DNA of 63,920 nt, filler included, from Reticulomyxa filosa (Eukaryota > Protista > Foraminifera), in NCBI GenBank assembly GCA_000512085.1. It is 19 parts of 19 records of this genome, joined end to end, with 100 filler letters (N's around TTAATTAATTAA, not from the genome) between each part and the next. Parts side by side here need not be neighbours in the genome. Positions count along the whole stretch, not along the records: positions 13,057 to 17,495 come from ASPP01004443.1; positions 17,596 to 19,581 come from ASPP01008853.1; positions 19,682 to 27,992 come from ASPP01005482.1; 16 more parts are not named here. One strand, given 5' to 3'. Positions within the stretch are counted from its first letter, which is position 1. Each line of letters begins with the position of its first letter. The notes below the pieces were generated by a model. That model had not been told where the DNA came from. It worked only from the letters and a program-made list of their open reading frames with translations, and did no database searches. Shown here piece by piece: positions 13,655 to 24,904 of the stretch. The position numbers were made by a program, and so were the translations under genes.

Positions 13655-13885
13655 AATATAAGAAAATAACTTGAGACCATTACCGGAACCATAACACAAA
13701 GCATAACCACAACAATCTCTTGTATTGTTTTATTTTTTTCATTATTTTTTAGATCTTGATTAAATGGTATAAACTCAAAAGAATATATCACATCATTGTC
13801 ATCAAACCCTTTGGTCTCGTTTAATTGTTTGTTAGTTCGAATGTCCCAAAATCGAATCGTATTGTCAATTGGTCCAGAACATTAT
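13655..13885 (-). pseudogene. WD40-family C-terminal fragment
   Basis: CSGPIDNTIRFWDIRTNKQ...LCYGSGNG matches the C-terminus of the 39.3-40.6 kb WD40 gene; frameshifted, with no upstream repeats. Confidence 0.65.
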
Positions 13886-14071
13886 CAAAAAATATCAGTT
13901 GAGACGTATACATAAAAATAAGCGCTCTCGTCGGCGCACAAAGTCCCAAATCAGAGAAATTCTACGCACGGATCGCTTTCCGACGGTGGAAGAGAAGAAG
14001 TCATGCACAGGTCGTCCGAACTGGTAACAGCCATGTTACCGAAAGGTGATAGAGGAGACCGGTCTCCATCC

Positions 14072-14774
14072 ATGAATGTGCTGATGCAATCTTTGTTCGG
14101 CGCAGCCGTTGCGGAATCGTCCCCAATTCGTATCTTCTGTCGAATTAAGCCAGTATCTATTTCGATGTCAAGTAAAAATACGTAAAAGTAGATGGCAAGC
14201 AAGTTACAACGTCAATAGGGATCACACCTAGCGAGGGAAGTTCGTACGCGTTTGATCAAGTTTTTCATCTAGGGGCCACCAACCTGGAGGTAAGCGAGCA
14301 CATCTTGAAACAGTCGTGTGAAAAAGTTGTCTGTGGATACAATGCAATGTTCTTCGCGTATGGGCAAACTGGCACCGGGAAATCGTTCTCAGTTTATGGA
14401 GACCGGTATCTTCCAGACAGCCAATCGAACGCCATTTTGATATACGCGATCAAGTATTTATTGAATAATACAGCAGCGGCGTCAACGTCATTGTTAGTAC
14501 CCTCAGTCGAGTTGTACGATACCAAAGTGTCCAGAATCAGGTTATTTGGCTTGGTGAATAACATGAATGCAAACGCAGCCCCTTCCATTGACAATAACCT
14601 GGCAGTAATCGCTCAAATATCCAATATGCGTCGCAGATGGCAATCGATCAAAACACCGATTTGATAGAGGTAATCCAGCTAGTGAGAAATGCGTAGCACG
14701 TGGCAGAAACCGCATTGAATCTAAAACCTTCGCGCAGACACACTGTCTTCATGATAACGTTGACCCAATCCTAA
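14072..14774 (+). pseudogene. Kinesin motor-domain pseudogene fragment
   Basis: RIFCRIKP, YAFDQVF, GYNAMFFAYGQTGTGKSFS (P-loop), VELY and ETALNLKPSRRHTVF (switch I-like) spread over several frames with stops; no DLAGSE motif seen. Confidence 0.85.
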
Positions 14775-16673
14775 TTTGTGCAAGTTGAACATACGACGTC
14801 AAACCAAGTGAAGAATTCACATTGATTGACAAACTATCCACTTTGTCTAGAGCATGCATTTGTGCTTCCAAAGTTTTTAGTATATCCAAACGAAACATAA
14901 AAAGCAAGCATTCTGAAACAAGTTTGATGCAAATTACAAGATTGCTCACTATATCAAGTATCTATTTGCGAAATGTATAGAGTCAGTGACAGAGAAGTAT
15001 TGATCTCTTTGGGCTATAAGATAGCTGTAATATTTTTAGAAGCGCAAGACATAAAACAAAAATTAGAGAAGCGAGATTGTGCGTCCAATAGACATACTAT
15101 CCACAATGTATTGAATTGGACAACAACCACAATTGCCAGCTATCTCGAAACAATTCGACAAGCGATTGATACTTGACAATGCATTACTAAATCAATAATA
15201 AAGAAAATTGTACTTCTATCGTACCGTAAATTTTTTATAAGCGCAGTTCTTATCAAATGTTTATAACTTTTTTGTTGGTGGTTATTAAGACGCTAGAAGA
15301 ACGCAGTGCGCTTGAAATTTACTTAATCAAAGAACGTTTATGTATTCCTTAAAACCATCGAGCTGATGCGGTAACGAAGATAGAACAACTCAAAATGAAA
15401 GTATATTAATTCGAGTTATACCCTACAGACATTACAAGATTGCATAATTCCTAAATGCATAAAATCTGAATGAAGGATTGTACATACATTTACAAGGGAG
15501 AAAATTCTTAGTGATACATGACAAATATTTTTGTTAATATTAATGGCATGATAACACTACATATTTTCCCATGTCAACAAAATAATTGAAATTTTTGGCA
15601 ACTTTGAAAGTTGCTTTCTGGCCAGTAGCAAGAGTCATGACTCCACTACAAATTTGTTGCTTTATCTATAATATATATATATATATATACATTCATTAAA
15701 ATAAAAGTTTGCATTGCAAAAATTAGATCGTTCTTGCACAGTTTGATTGTATTTATTCATAACAATATATTGACATAGTCTTTAGTCACACTGAGCTTAC
15801 CTTTGATCTCTTCAAGGGTGGCATTAGTTTTATAATCTTTACCATTCATAAGAGTAACAACCGGTAATTGTGCATGGATGTCATTTCATTCAATTGAAGT
15901 GCTGGATAATCTTAATCAAGGTAATTGCATTGATATACTGAATTCTTTTCAAATAGATCGTTACCTTATTCATATGCTTTCAATCTCAATGGTTGGAGTC
16001 AATTGTCACTGTGCAATCAATTTCACTTATGGAGTGACTTCTTGTGCTACCACTCGTCTGCTCTAATAGTGACGATGAGATTTTGAGTTTGTTATATTCT
16101 CTCTTCTTGGATGTGTCTTTCTAAATCTCCAACTTGTTGTGATGACCGGACTATTTTTTTTTTTGGTAAAGAATGAAAGGGACAAGGATAAAACCCTTTT
16201 TAAAACTAAGACTCTGATTTGCTAAACTTACACTAAGCAACAACTTGCAAATAAAACAAACAAATCTAAAAGAGACATAATTTTATTTTTATTACCTTTG
16301 TAACAAAATTTGAGTACAAGACATATAAACAATATATACTTTGTTACACAAAAAAACTTGTAAAAACTTGTTTTGGAGCTACAAGAATTTTTTTATACAC
16401 TATTTTATGTTTAAAAAATTATTTAATTTCTGCTTATGTGAGAATTATCAAAGTTTTAACAAATAAATACATTCTCCAAGTTTGGAATATACTTTACATG
16501 ACACATAAAAATCTTTATGCATGGACAATTTCACTGTTCTCGTGTTATACAAGTTACTATTGACCTACGTGTGCCATTTTGAAAAGAAAGATAATATATT
16601 ATTTGTAATACCTCTAAAACAATTTTTTAAATCTTCAAAATAAAAAAGGGTTTGTCTTGAAGTTAACTTCATC

Positions 16674-17495
16674 ATGCTTGAACAACTTCAACAAACGTTC
16701 CCCGAAATAGATAAAGAGATCATTTCAGATGCATTGAAATGGTTTAAGCAAGATATTGAAATGACAAAGAATGTCTTAGCATGGCTAACAGAAAACGCGT
16801 AATAAAAAATTCTTATGTATTTTCTTTTTTAAATAATAAACATTATTAATATGTTTTGTAATAGTACAAGTTTTCAACAACAACATCATTTGCTGACTTT
16901 ATTCAAGCATTTCGGCAGTATAATTGAAAAAACAATACTATCACAAATATGGAATAATTACAATCAAATTTTTGTTGATACATACTATAAATTACAAGAG
17001 ATTTGTGCAACATCTAATTTGAATGAGTTAAATGCGTAAGAAATGTACAAATTACTGTAGAGCAAAACAAAAAAATTATTGTAATAGGCTGAAAGAAGAA
17101 AAGGAATTAAAAATACTTCGAGAAATGTGTTTGCATATTTTGTGGAATATTTTGAAATATCCCAAACATATCAAATATCGCCAAATTCACAAACAAGCTT
17201 TATACAACTATTTATTGCAGAAATGCCATACATTAGGTGCAGATTTCGAATATGTATTTCTAAGTTTGGAAAAAAATTTAGAAATATTTGGATTCAAAAA
17301 AGAAAATAATGATAATTGGTATTATCAATATCATCATATTCAATTATTACATCTGTGGAAATGTTATCAAGCAGTGATCATCTATCAAATCATGTATGTT
17401 GTTAATAAAACAATGATATAAATATATAAATATATAAATATATAAATGATATAACCAATCATTTAAATAGATATAAAACAAGAAGCTCATATTCC
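16674..17495 (+). CDS. CUE/UBA-like + PUB-domain protein (multi-exon, 3' truncated)
   Basis: MLEQLQQTFPEIDKEII..L (CUE-type FP motif); ILWNILKYPKHIKYRQI...LEIFGF (PUB-type NI..P...KYR.I...GF). Confidence 0.65.
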
Positions 17496-17851
17496 NNNNN
17501 NNNNNNNNNNNNNNNNNNNNNNNNNNNNNNNNNNNNNNNTTAATTAATTAANNNNNNNNNNNNNNNNNNNNNNNNNNNNNNNNNNNNNNNNNNNNCAAAA
17601 AAAAAAAAAAGAAGGAAGCCACAAGGGCCCCTCACTAAAACAATATTTAAATTCTAAAAACATAATTTTTTTTTCGATCATTGGCAGTAGCGTCAACTGA
17701 ACACAATTTGCCAACGCGTTAAAAAAAAAAACTTGAACAATATATATATGTAGAATAATTTACCAAAAAAAATTGATGAACCAATATATATGTATTGAGA
17801 ATAATTTACCAAAAAAAATTGATGACCAAAAACACCTTAGAGTAAAAAGTT

Positions 17852-19581
17852 TTAGTCTTCAGGCTCCATTTCATCCTCAAGAACAGCTTCTTCGATGGCA
17901 AGACTGCTATCGGTGCTAGCATCATTATTTTTCATTAACACCTCGCGAACAGAGGCTTTGTATTCAAAATCGATATACTCCAAATCGATGTCGGCATTGA
18001 TCAAAGCATCGGTTGTCTGGCTCTCCGGTTTTTTGAAGTTTTTTCACATTGGACCAAAAGCGATCAAGAAGCGCAGGAATGAGTAGGACGATAATGAGAG
18101 GGATCCAAATGCAACACATGAAGACATAAAAAGACAAGACTTCCAAAATGACTTGCCATCGAAAGTATTTGCTCCTTGGACCCAATGGCCGAAAGCAGAC
18201 GGGACAAATGATGCGACGATATAACAGCTTGGTCGTCAATTCTTTGTCGGACTCGTCTAGCATTTGATATTCTCGAAACAATTCAAAATAGTCTCGGATG
18301 TTTCCCTTGTGAGAACCGACAAAATGTCGGCAATGACGACAAAACTCGGCAAACCTTTGGTCGAAAGGACTGTCAATATAAGCGGGCTCTTCTATTTGAA
18401 GCAGTATATTTTCATACCATTTCAGCCTCGTCATGTTTTCTGCACGAATGCTGGTCGGGGTCAGTAGTTTCTCTATTCGCAAGCAGTGGCATATAAAGCA
18501 TTGGCACATTTCATTATATTGCACACGTACATACGCGCGCGCGCGCACATGCATACACATTAGCAAAGTACATTTGAATACGTATACAAAAAAAAAAAAA
18601 AATTGGAACGTATAATAGTATAAGAACCATTAGCAAAGCCTTGATCAGAATCCCAAGAGGAGGGTTGTCTATTCAGCTTGTGTTCGTCTTTGTTTGCGTC
18701 CCACTTTCTGTTGTCACGAACATCTATATTTACTTGAATATGTGTCTTTCTGCAAGCAGACTTCTCTGGAATCGTCTCTTCTTCTTCTTCTTCTTCTTCT
18801 TCTTCTTCTTCGTCAGGACGTGCATTTCCAACGCCATTGGTATGTTCGTCCTCAGCCAAAAGCATGCTGCCGTGCCTTTTTCTGGACGCCTCTTGCTGCT
18901 TCAGAACCAGGTCCTGCTTCAACGAGTACTGGATGGGGAACAGGAATTCGGTGTTGAGAACGTAGCGCCCTCGACTGAGCAAACGGACGACGTAGTCCAA
19001 CACGACGACGACAAACATGCCGACAATGACAACCAGATTAAACGGAGGCGACATCATCGTGTGCTTCCTGGCAGTGTCAATGGTGTCTTGCACGCGACTA
19101 AAGTTGGTTTCGACCTTGGCGCGCTCTTTCACCGCCTCGAACGTGCTCGTCAGTAATGCGATGAGCAAGTTCAAGAGGATGATCGTGCCGACGGCGTTGT
19201 ATAGCAGTATGATCCACACCGCCACAGACGCGCGCGACTGTCCAAAGCAAGTGATATCCTTCGTGTCGTTCTTGCGCACGCTTATGCTGAACCAATCTTG
19301 CAGTTGCAGCAGCGTCTGAATGATATATAGCAGCACCGACGGCAGCGTTAGCAATTTCGTGCGATATTCGTTTGGGTTGGTGCAAATGCTTTGTTCGCTC
19401 AAATCGATTGATATTATGTAATATAAGGCCAAGACAAAGCCCGCAGTGAATAGGATAAGAATGACCATGAATTTCTTATTTTTTTTTTTTTAATTTAAAA
19501 AAAAAAAAGATCAAATATACATATATATGCATATATATATATATATATATATATATAAATTACCAGAATAACGCGAATCAT
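17852..19581 (-). CDS. TRP-family cation channel, C-terminal half (5' truncated; apparent frameshift ~18035)
   Basis: S5/pore/S6 hydrophobic segments, then LLNLLIALLTSTFEAVKE..NFSR...SPPFNL (S6, TRP helix and PPPFN motif); the acidic C-terminus continues in another frame to TAA at 17852. Confidence 0.8.
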
Positions 19582-19681
19582 NNNNNNNNNNNNNNNNNNN
19601 NNNNNNNNNNNNNNNNNNNNNNNNNTTAATTAATTAANNNNNNNNNNNNNNNNNNNNNNNNNNNNNNNNNNNNNNNNNNNN

Positions 19682-20313
19682 TTTTTTTTTTTTTTTTTTT
19701 GAAATACATAAATAATTATTTAAAACCTCCAAACAATAAAATGACTTCGTGGAATCAAAAACATACAAATTGCACTAGTCAATGAAAAGCCTAAGACAAA
19801 TTGCTTCTTGGGGCCCCAACCACAGCTGTTTTCTCCTGATCTGTGTTCGCGTGTTTGTTTTGTGCATTGCATTGCTTTGGTGGAGTCGTATGTGTGTGAG
19901 TGTGTATGTGTGTATGTGACTATGCCTCTTTCATTGGCGTAAAGATTTTGTCATAACAGCGTTTCCAGCTTTTTATCTACAATTGGCGCTAATTGAGTTG
20001 ATAACAGTGCACTGAATAACCACGCCCATGAACATGCCCAAAACGGACAGCCAACTCTTTTTTTATTTGTTTTGTTTGCCATTTCTTTTTTTTGCGCACT
20101 TGCTTTTTTTCAATACATAAATAAACAAGAAATAGTGCATTCGTTGAATTACTCAAGTAAATATGGTATAATCAATGATTCCGACAAAGCCCAACCAAAA
20201 CTTGCTGGCAGACTACCCAACGAAATCGCAATCTTCTGCAGTGTTGTCAATCGACCTGTATACATATGATCATCTTCAGGTTGTGCGGTTTTGTTATTTC
20301 CAGATGCCGACAT
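19682..20313 (-). CDS. SUC/SLC45-like MFS (GPH) sugar transporter, N-terminal exons (3' truncated)
   Basis: ASFGWALSESLIIPYL-EVGCPFWACSWAWLFSALLSTQLAPIV...CGWGPKKQFVL parallels the sucrose transporter motifs QFGWALQLSLLTPY...W..GP...QP.V...FGRRRPF. Confidence 0.7.
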
Positions 20314-21675
20314 CTTTGCGGCAAGCCTAATTTGTTCAACTTTCAAAATTCACTGTCATAATTTTTTCAACCGTGTCCCTGAAGCTCTTTGGCTTTCCCA
20401 CGCAAATCACAACACTATACGTGGATTACAACTTTGTCAATCCTTGACACAAAAACACATTCTCAAAGAGAGGCGTTATTGCCAATTTTCTTTCAGAAAT
20501 ACAAAAATGCCTGCCTGTTGGTTATTGTCTCATTTTGTTTTGTTATGATCATTTCCTGTCCCTTTTTATAATTTCTAGTTCTTTTTGCAACGTTTAGAAT
20601 ATATAAATTTGTTAGGTTATTTGGATTTCGAATTTTAAAAATTTCTTGTAGAAAATCTGAAGATTATATTTAATTTTTGACAATCTTACATTCAACTTAC
20701 TAAGTACAACGTTGACACTGTAAGACAAACCTCACTCTTGGAAACGTTCTCTTAAAATTTTCTTCTTCATTTTTTACCACTTTTTTGGGTTTGTCCTCCT
20801 TTTGCTTCATTCTATTATTTAGTTGTTTTCGTTTTGTGTGAACATTTTTAAACAGCAATGAATTACTCTTGGGTGTTACGTCCTACGTAGTAGTAGTGTT
20901 TCGTTTTTGACACTTTGAAAAACGTAATAATTTTGGACTGCATTTTACCAATCATATGATACAATACCGAAAAAGTACAGAATTTCACAGCTAAAGTTCT
21001 TTTTTCCTAAAACGTTTTTACAAACATTTTTCAACCAACTTTTTTTGCTCGTGTTTTATTTTTAATTAAATTTTCCGTTTTTTACAAGTTACAACGAGTA
21101 AAGCCTTTCGTATTACACTTACCCTCAAACGTCATATTACAACAATCTACTTAACAATATTTGTACAAGTGCTTTGACAATTTTGATCTATTTATTCTAC
21201 AGTAGCTATCCGAGATTAAGAATGTTCGATAGTACCAAACAAAACTATGTCACCACAGTTATGATCAATTTTTTTTTAGTGTGATGTCCTAGTGCTCAAT
21301 TTACTGAACGTTGGGTGTTGTTCTGTATTATTTCATTGATAGTTTTTGAATAAAAGCAGATAAGGTAACCCAAAAAAAATAAAAGATATAACCACACTTT
21401 GTCTTCCAAAAATACAACGCACAAAAGCGTGCTTTACAATAAAACTCTACAAATACCATCACAGTATTATTCCCAACCCTTTTGAATGTAATTATCACAA
21501 AAGTGGAAAGACAAAAAAAATCCGAAAGTAAAAGTAATTCATGAAAAAGAAAACAAGAAAACATTGAAAGCGAATCATTTGTTAACGTAATAGTAAAATC
21601 AGAAAAAAACGTGAACAAGACATAAAAAAAAAGAAAGAAAAAAAAGGAAAGCCAGTAAAAAAAAAGTCCGTGAGT

Positions 21676-23878
21676 TTACAGTGGCCTATGAGTGTTGAGT
21701 AAGTGAATGAATTCGTTAACTTTGTCGTTTAACTTACGTTTGTCCAAGAGCAAAGCGTCCAAGTCCTGTTGGGGCAAAGACAATAACATCCCAGTAATTT
21801 TGGCCGCACGTTCGGGATATGATGCTTTCAATTTATAATAAATGGCATCCCCGATTTCGCGTTGTTTGGCACTCCAAATGGATGTACACAACGACGAGCC
21901 CCCATTTGCTTCATGGTGAATATTTTTAGTGAATGATTGAGATTGCTTTTGCAACGGCGCTGTTGACTTGACGGTTGCATCACTCGCAATTGCCTAATTT
22001 TTATATTTCACGTTTGTAAGTTGCAACGTGTCACAGACAGACACAAAAGTCAACCTTGCCGTTGTCAGAGAAGATGATATCCAATGGTGTCGCGACGGTG
22101 GCATTTGGCATTGGAAAAGGGATTGAATGCGGCGTTGGCAGCAGTGGATTGATGTTGACAGCATTAGCCGGAGACAGACGTATAGGAAGACCATGGAGCG
22201 ACCAAGGAACAGCAGAGGACGCAGTTTCATTAGCGTCGCAAGGACGTTCCAAAGTGCTAGTCCATGTCACATTCGAGCATTGCATCTGACGCATTTGTTG
22301 CTGCAACATCACCGTGTTCATTTCTTTTACCAAGTCTTGGAATTGGTCTTCATTTCGTATCCAAACCTATTTTTTTTTTTTATAAGTTATTTTTCAGAAT
22401 TCGATAAAAAAATCTACATTAATGTAGGTTTTATTGAGGTGTTTGTTTATTTGTTTGTTTGTTTGTTTGTGTTAACCAGAAAAAGCAAAGGTGTTGAATG
22501 CGGTCAAATTCGCAATGGGATGTGCGGTCACAGCAGTAACAGTGGCGTCGGAGTGTGTGGAAACAAACTGGTCTCTCAGTGAACCACTCTCATGTTCCGA
22601 CAGCGTTGGTGCTACAATGGATGCAGGGTATTGTGTTTGGATCTTCGCGGGTTTCGTATTACGTGAGAGTCGCTACCGTTTCAGTCATGTCCACAGGTAC
22701 ATGATGTGTCACATAGCAATACGCACATACAAATACAAATATTATATACATATACAATACGTATATTGTATATACATGTATATATAAATATATAAGTAGA
22801 TATGTATATACATATACCAAATGACAGGAAACAAATATTCGCGATTTAATGCGGCCACGCTTTGGCTGTTGTTGAGGGTCGTCCTTTTCGCATTTCGATT
22901 ATGCGCGCTTTTCGAAGGTTTCAATGGGATGGCACACTTCACAAATTCAACCGAATTGCGCTTCCATTTCAAGTTCTTTTTTTTTCATTATACGACACAA
23001 AGCAAAACAAACAAAAAAAGGCCCAACGTGTGTGTACGTTTTTGTGTCTGTTTCATTTTCCACTAAAAAAAAAAAAGGACAGGTCCACATATCACCACGT
23101 AATAATAAAAAAGAGATAACAAAACTCGCGCGTCCGGATTGACCAAAGACACGCACAAGATGGAATCGCCTCCACAACTTGTGACAACCGAACCATCCAT
23201 TTCGTTGCACGCACGAAGTGCGTAATCAACGCGAGCAAACGAGATAAACCCAGTTTTATTGTTGGTCGTTTGTTTGTTGTCACAATTGTTCGCCCCTTGC
23301 GGTTGGCCTGGGCAAGTCAAGGGCTTGTCGAATCGAACATCAATAATATCTCCGAAAGGAACAAAATAGTCGTGAACTTCGAGCTCACTGGCTGTTCTTT
23401 TTTTTTTTTTAAATGCTACAAGCGTTGGAATCAAACAAAAAATGTTTGTGGTTTGTAATACAAGAGGTAAATATATAGCGTCTTTTTTTGTTGCGTACAA
23501 TGGCAAATTCGAGACTTTTATTGTTGTTATTGTTTCTTTGAGACACCAAACTATCTTGACTCTTATCACAACTCCTCCCAAGACTGTTTGATCTTTTTCT
23601 ATGTTTTATACGTAATCCACTTTTTTTGTTTGCGCCCGTTGCTGAGAAACAAAAACCCAAAAAAAAAATCAAAAGATGAATTGCCACTCCTCCTCTCAAC
23701 TGCAAGCAGCCGATCGAGCACTTCCACTGTTGAAGAATTGTACCAATGCAATCGATTTAAACAGTGAAACTTTCTCTGTCAGTACTTGTCTTACTGTTCC
23801 TGCTTCGCCAAACATGTTGTACACGTCATTTTCACAATAATTATATGGCAAATTTGTTATTTGAATCCAAACACTCAT
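21676..23878 (-). CDS. RRM-containing protein with a C-terminal PABC/MLLE domain (divergent poly(A)-binding-protein-like)
   Basis: RRM1 IQITNLPY...ALVQF; RRM2 IKVSNLPL...GFISFA...A...MDG; PABC IGDAIY...AAKITGMLLSL. Confidence 0.85.
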
Positions 23879-24904
23879 CCTCTTTTCTTATTATTTGAAA
23901 ACACGGGTGAAAAGCCCGACGTCAATACAAGAACTTTTACCTTTTTGTAACACACGCTCCTTGTGCTCTATTGCTCTTTGACCTGGTATTCAATTTAACC
24001 TTATCAGCTGGTTCGTTTTACAGCATGTTTGCTCTAATTTATACGTTTTTACATTGAATTTCACTGACATTGCTGTGGAATTAAAAAATCTTTTCATTAC
24101 GAATTCATTTCCCAAAAATCAATTTTTACAAGACTTTCATATTTTGCATAACCACGGTTCAATGAAAAGGATTAAAAGAATATTAAAATTTTTATGTACA
24201 AATTATCACACTGCCCAAACAAAAATCAATTGTAGGAAAGTTATGTGGCAATATGAATCTTTGTTTTTTGAACAAATTTCAAAATAAAAATAATTAAATT
24301 AAAGAAAAGACAAGAAAACAAACACAAAAAGCATCTTTTTGAGCAAAATTTCGATAAAAAGTCAAATTAATGAAAACAAAGAAATACAATATAATAAGTT
24401 TGGAAGAGAAAAAATTTTGAAGTCAACTAACGTTGTACGACATAGCCCTAAAATAGAGAGATTATTTGGTAAATGATAAAGAAGTTTTAGAAAAGATTTC
24501 ATTTAAAAATTGTTACAAATAGATTATTTGCACAATAGTTAATTATATCAATGCTAAACAAATTTTGTATGTTAATTTTTCATAAATTTGCGATATTTGT
24601 TTAAAAAAAAGTTCAAAAAATTATTTGTGGAAACTTTATAAATGCATTTACAAAGTTTTTAAATGTTCTAGATCAATTAACAGCATATTAGGAAGCTTTA
24701 AAAGCATAGTAAATTTGTCACTTGTCTGTTTTATGTCAAAAATATGAAATCCTAACAACAACATTTTTTATTCAAGTTCCCAGCTTTAAATTGGATGTGC
24801 AACACCATGGATAACGCATTCTAGTTTTTTAAAGACACGATGAACGGAAGGAGAGAAAAAAGTAGAAGATGAAGAAATGAACTTGTGAATAAATAGATAA
24901 TAAC

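Noticed and set aside
17740-17826. ~47-bp direct duplication, and the (ATATAAAT)n run at ~17418-17450
   Set aside because: Ordinary local slippage duplications in UTR or intron sequence.
19945-19960. In-frame TGA in the SUC-like transporter suggesting readthrough or an alternative genetic code
   Set aside because: A GT donor just upstream (CT|GTTATG) splices in phase to the next exon and removes the TGA; other genes use all three stops normally.
20716-20888. TGTAAGAC...GTCCTACG segment as another solo LTR
   Set aside because: Imperfect termini, no TSD, and no clear shared core with the family.
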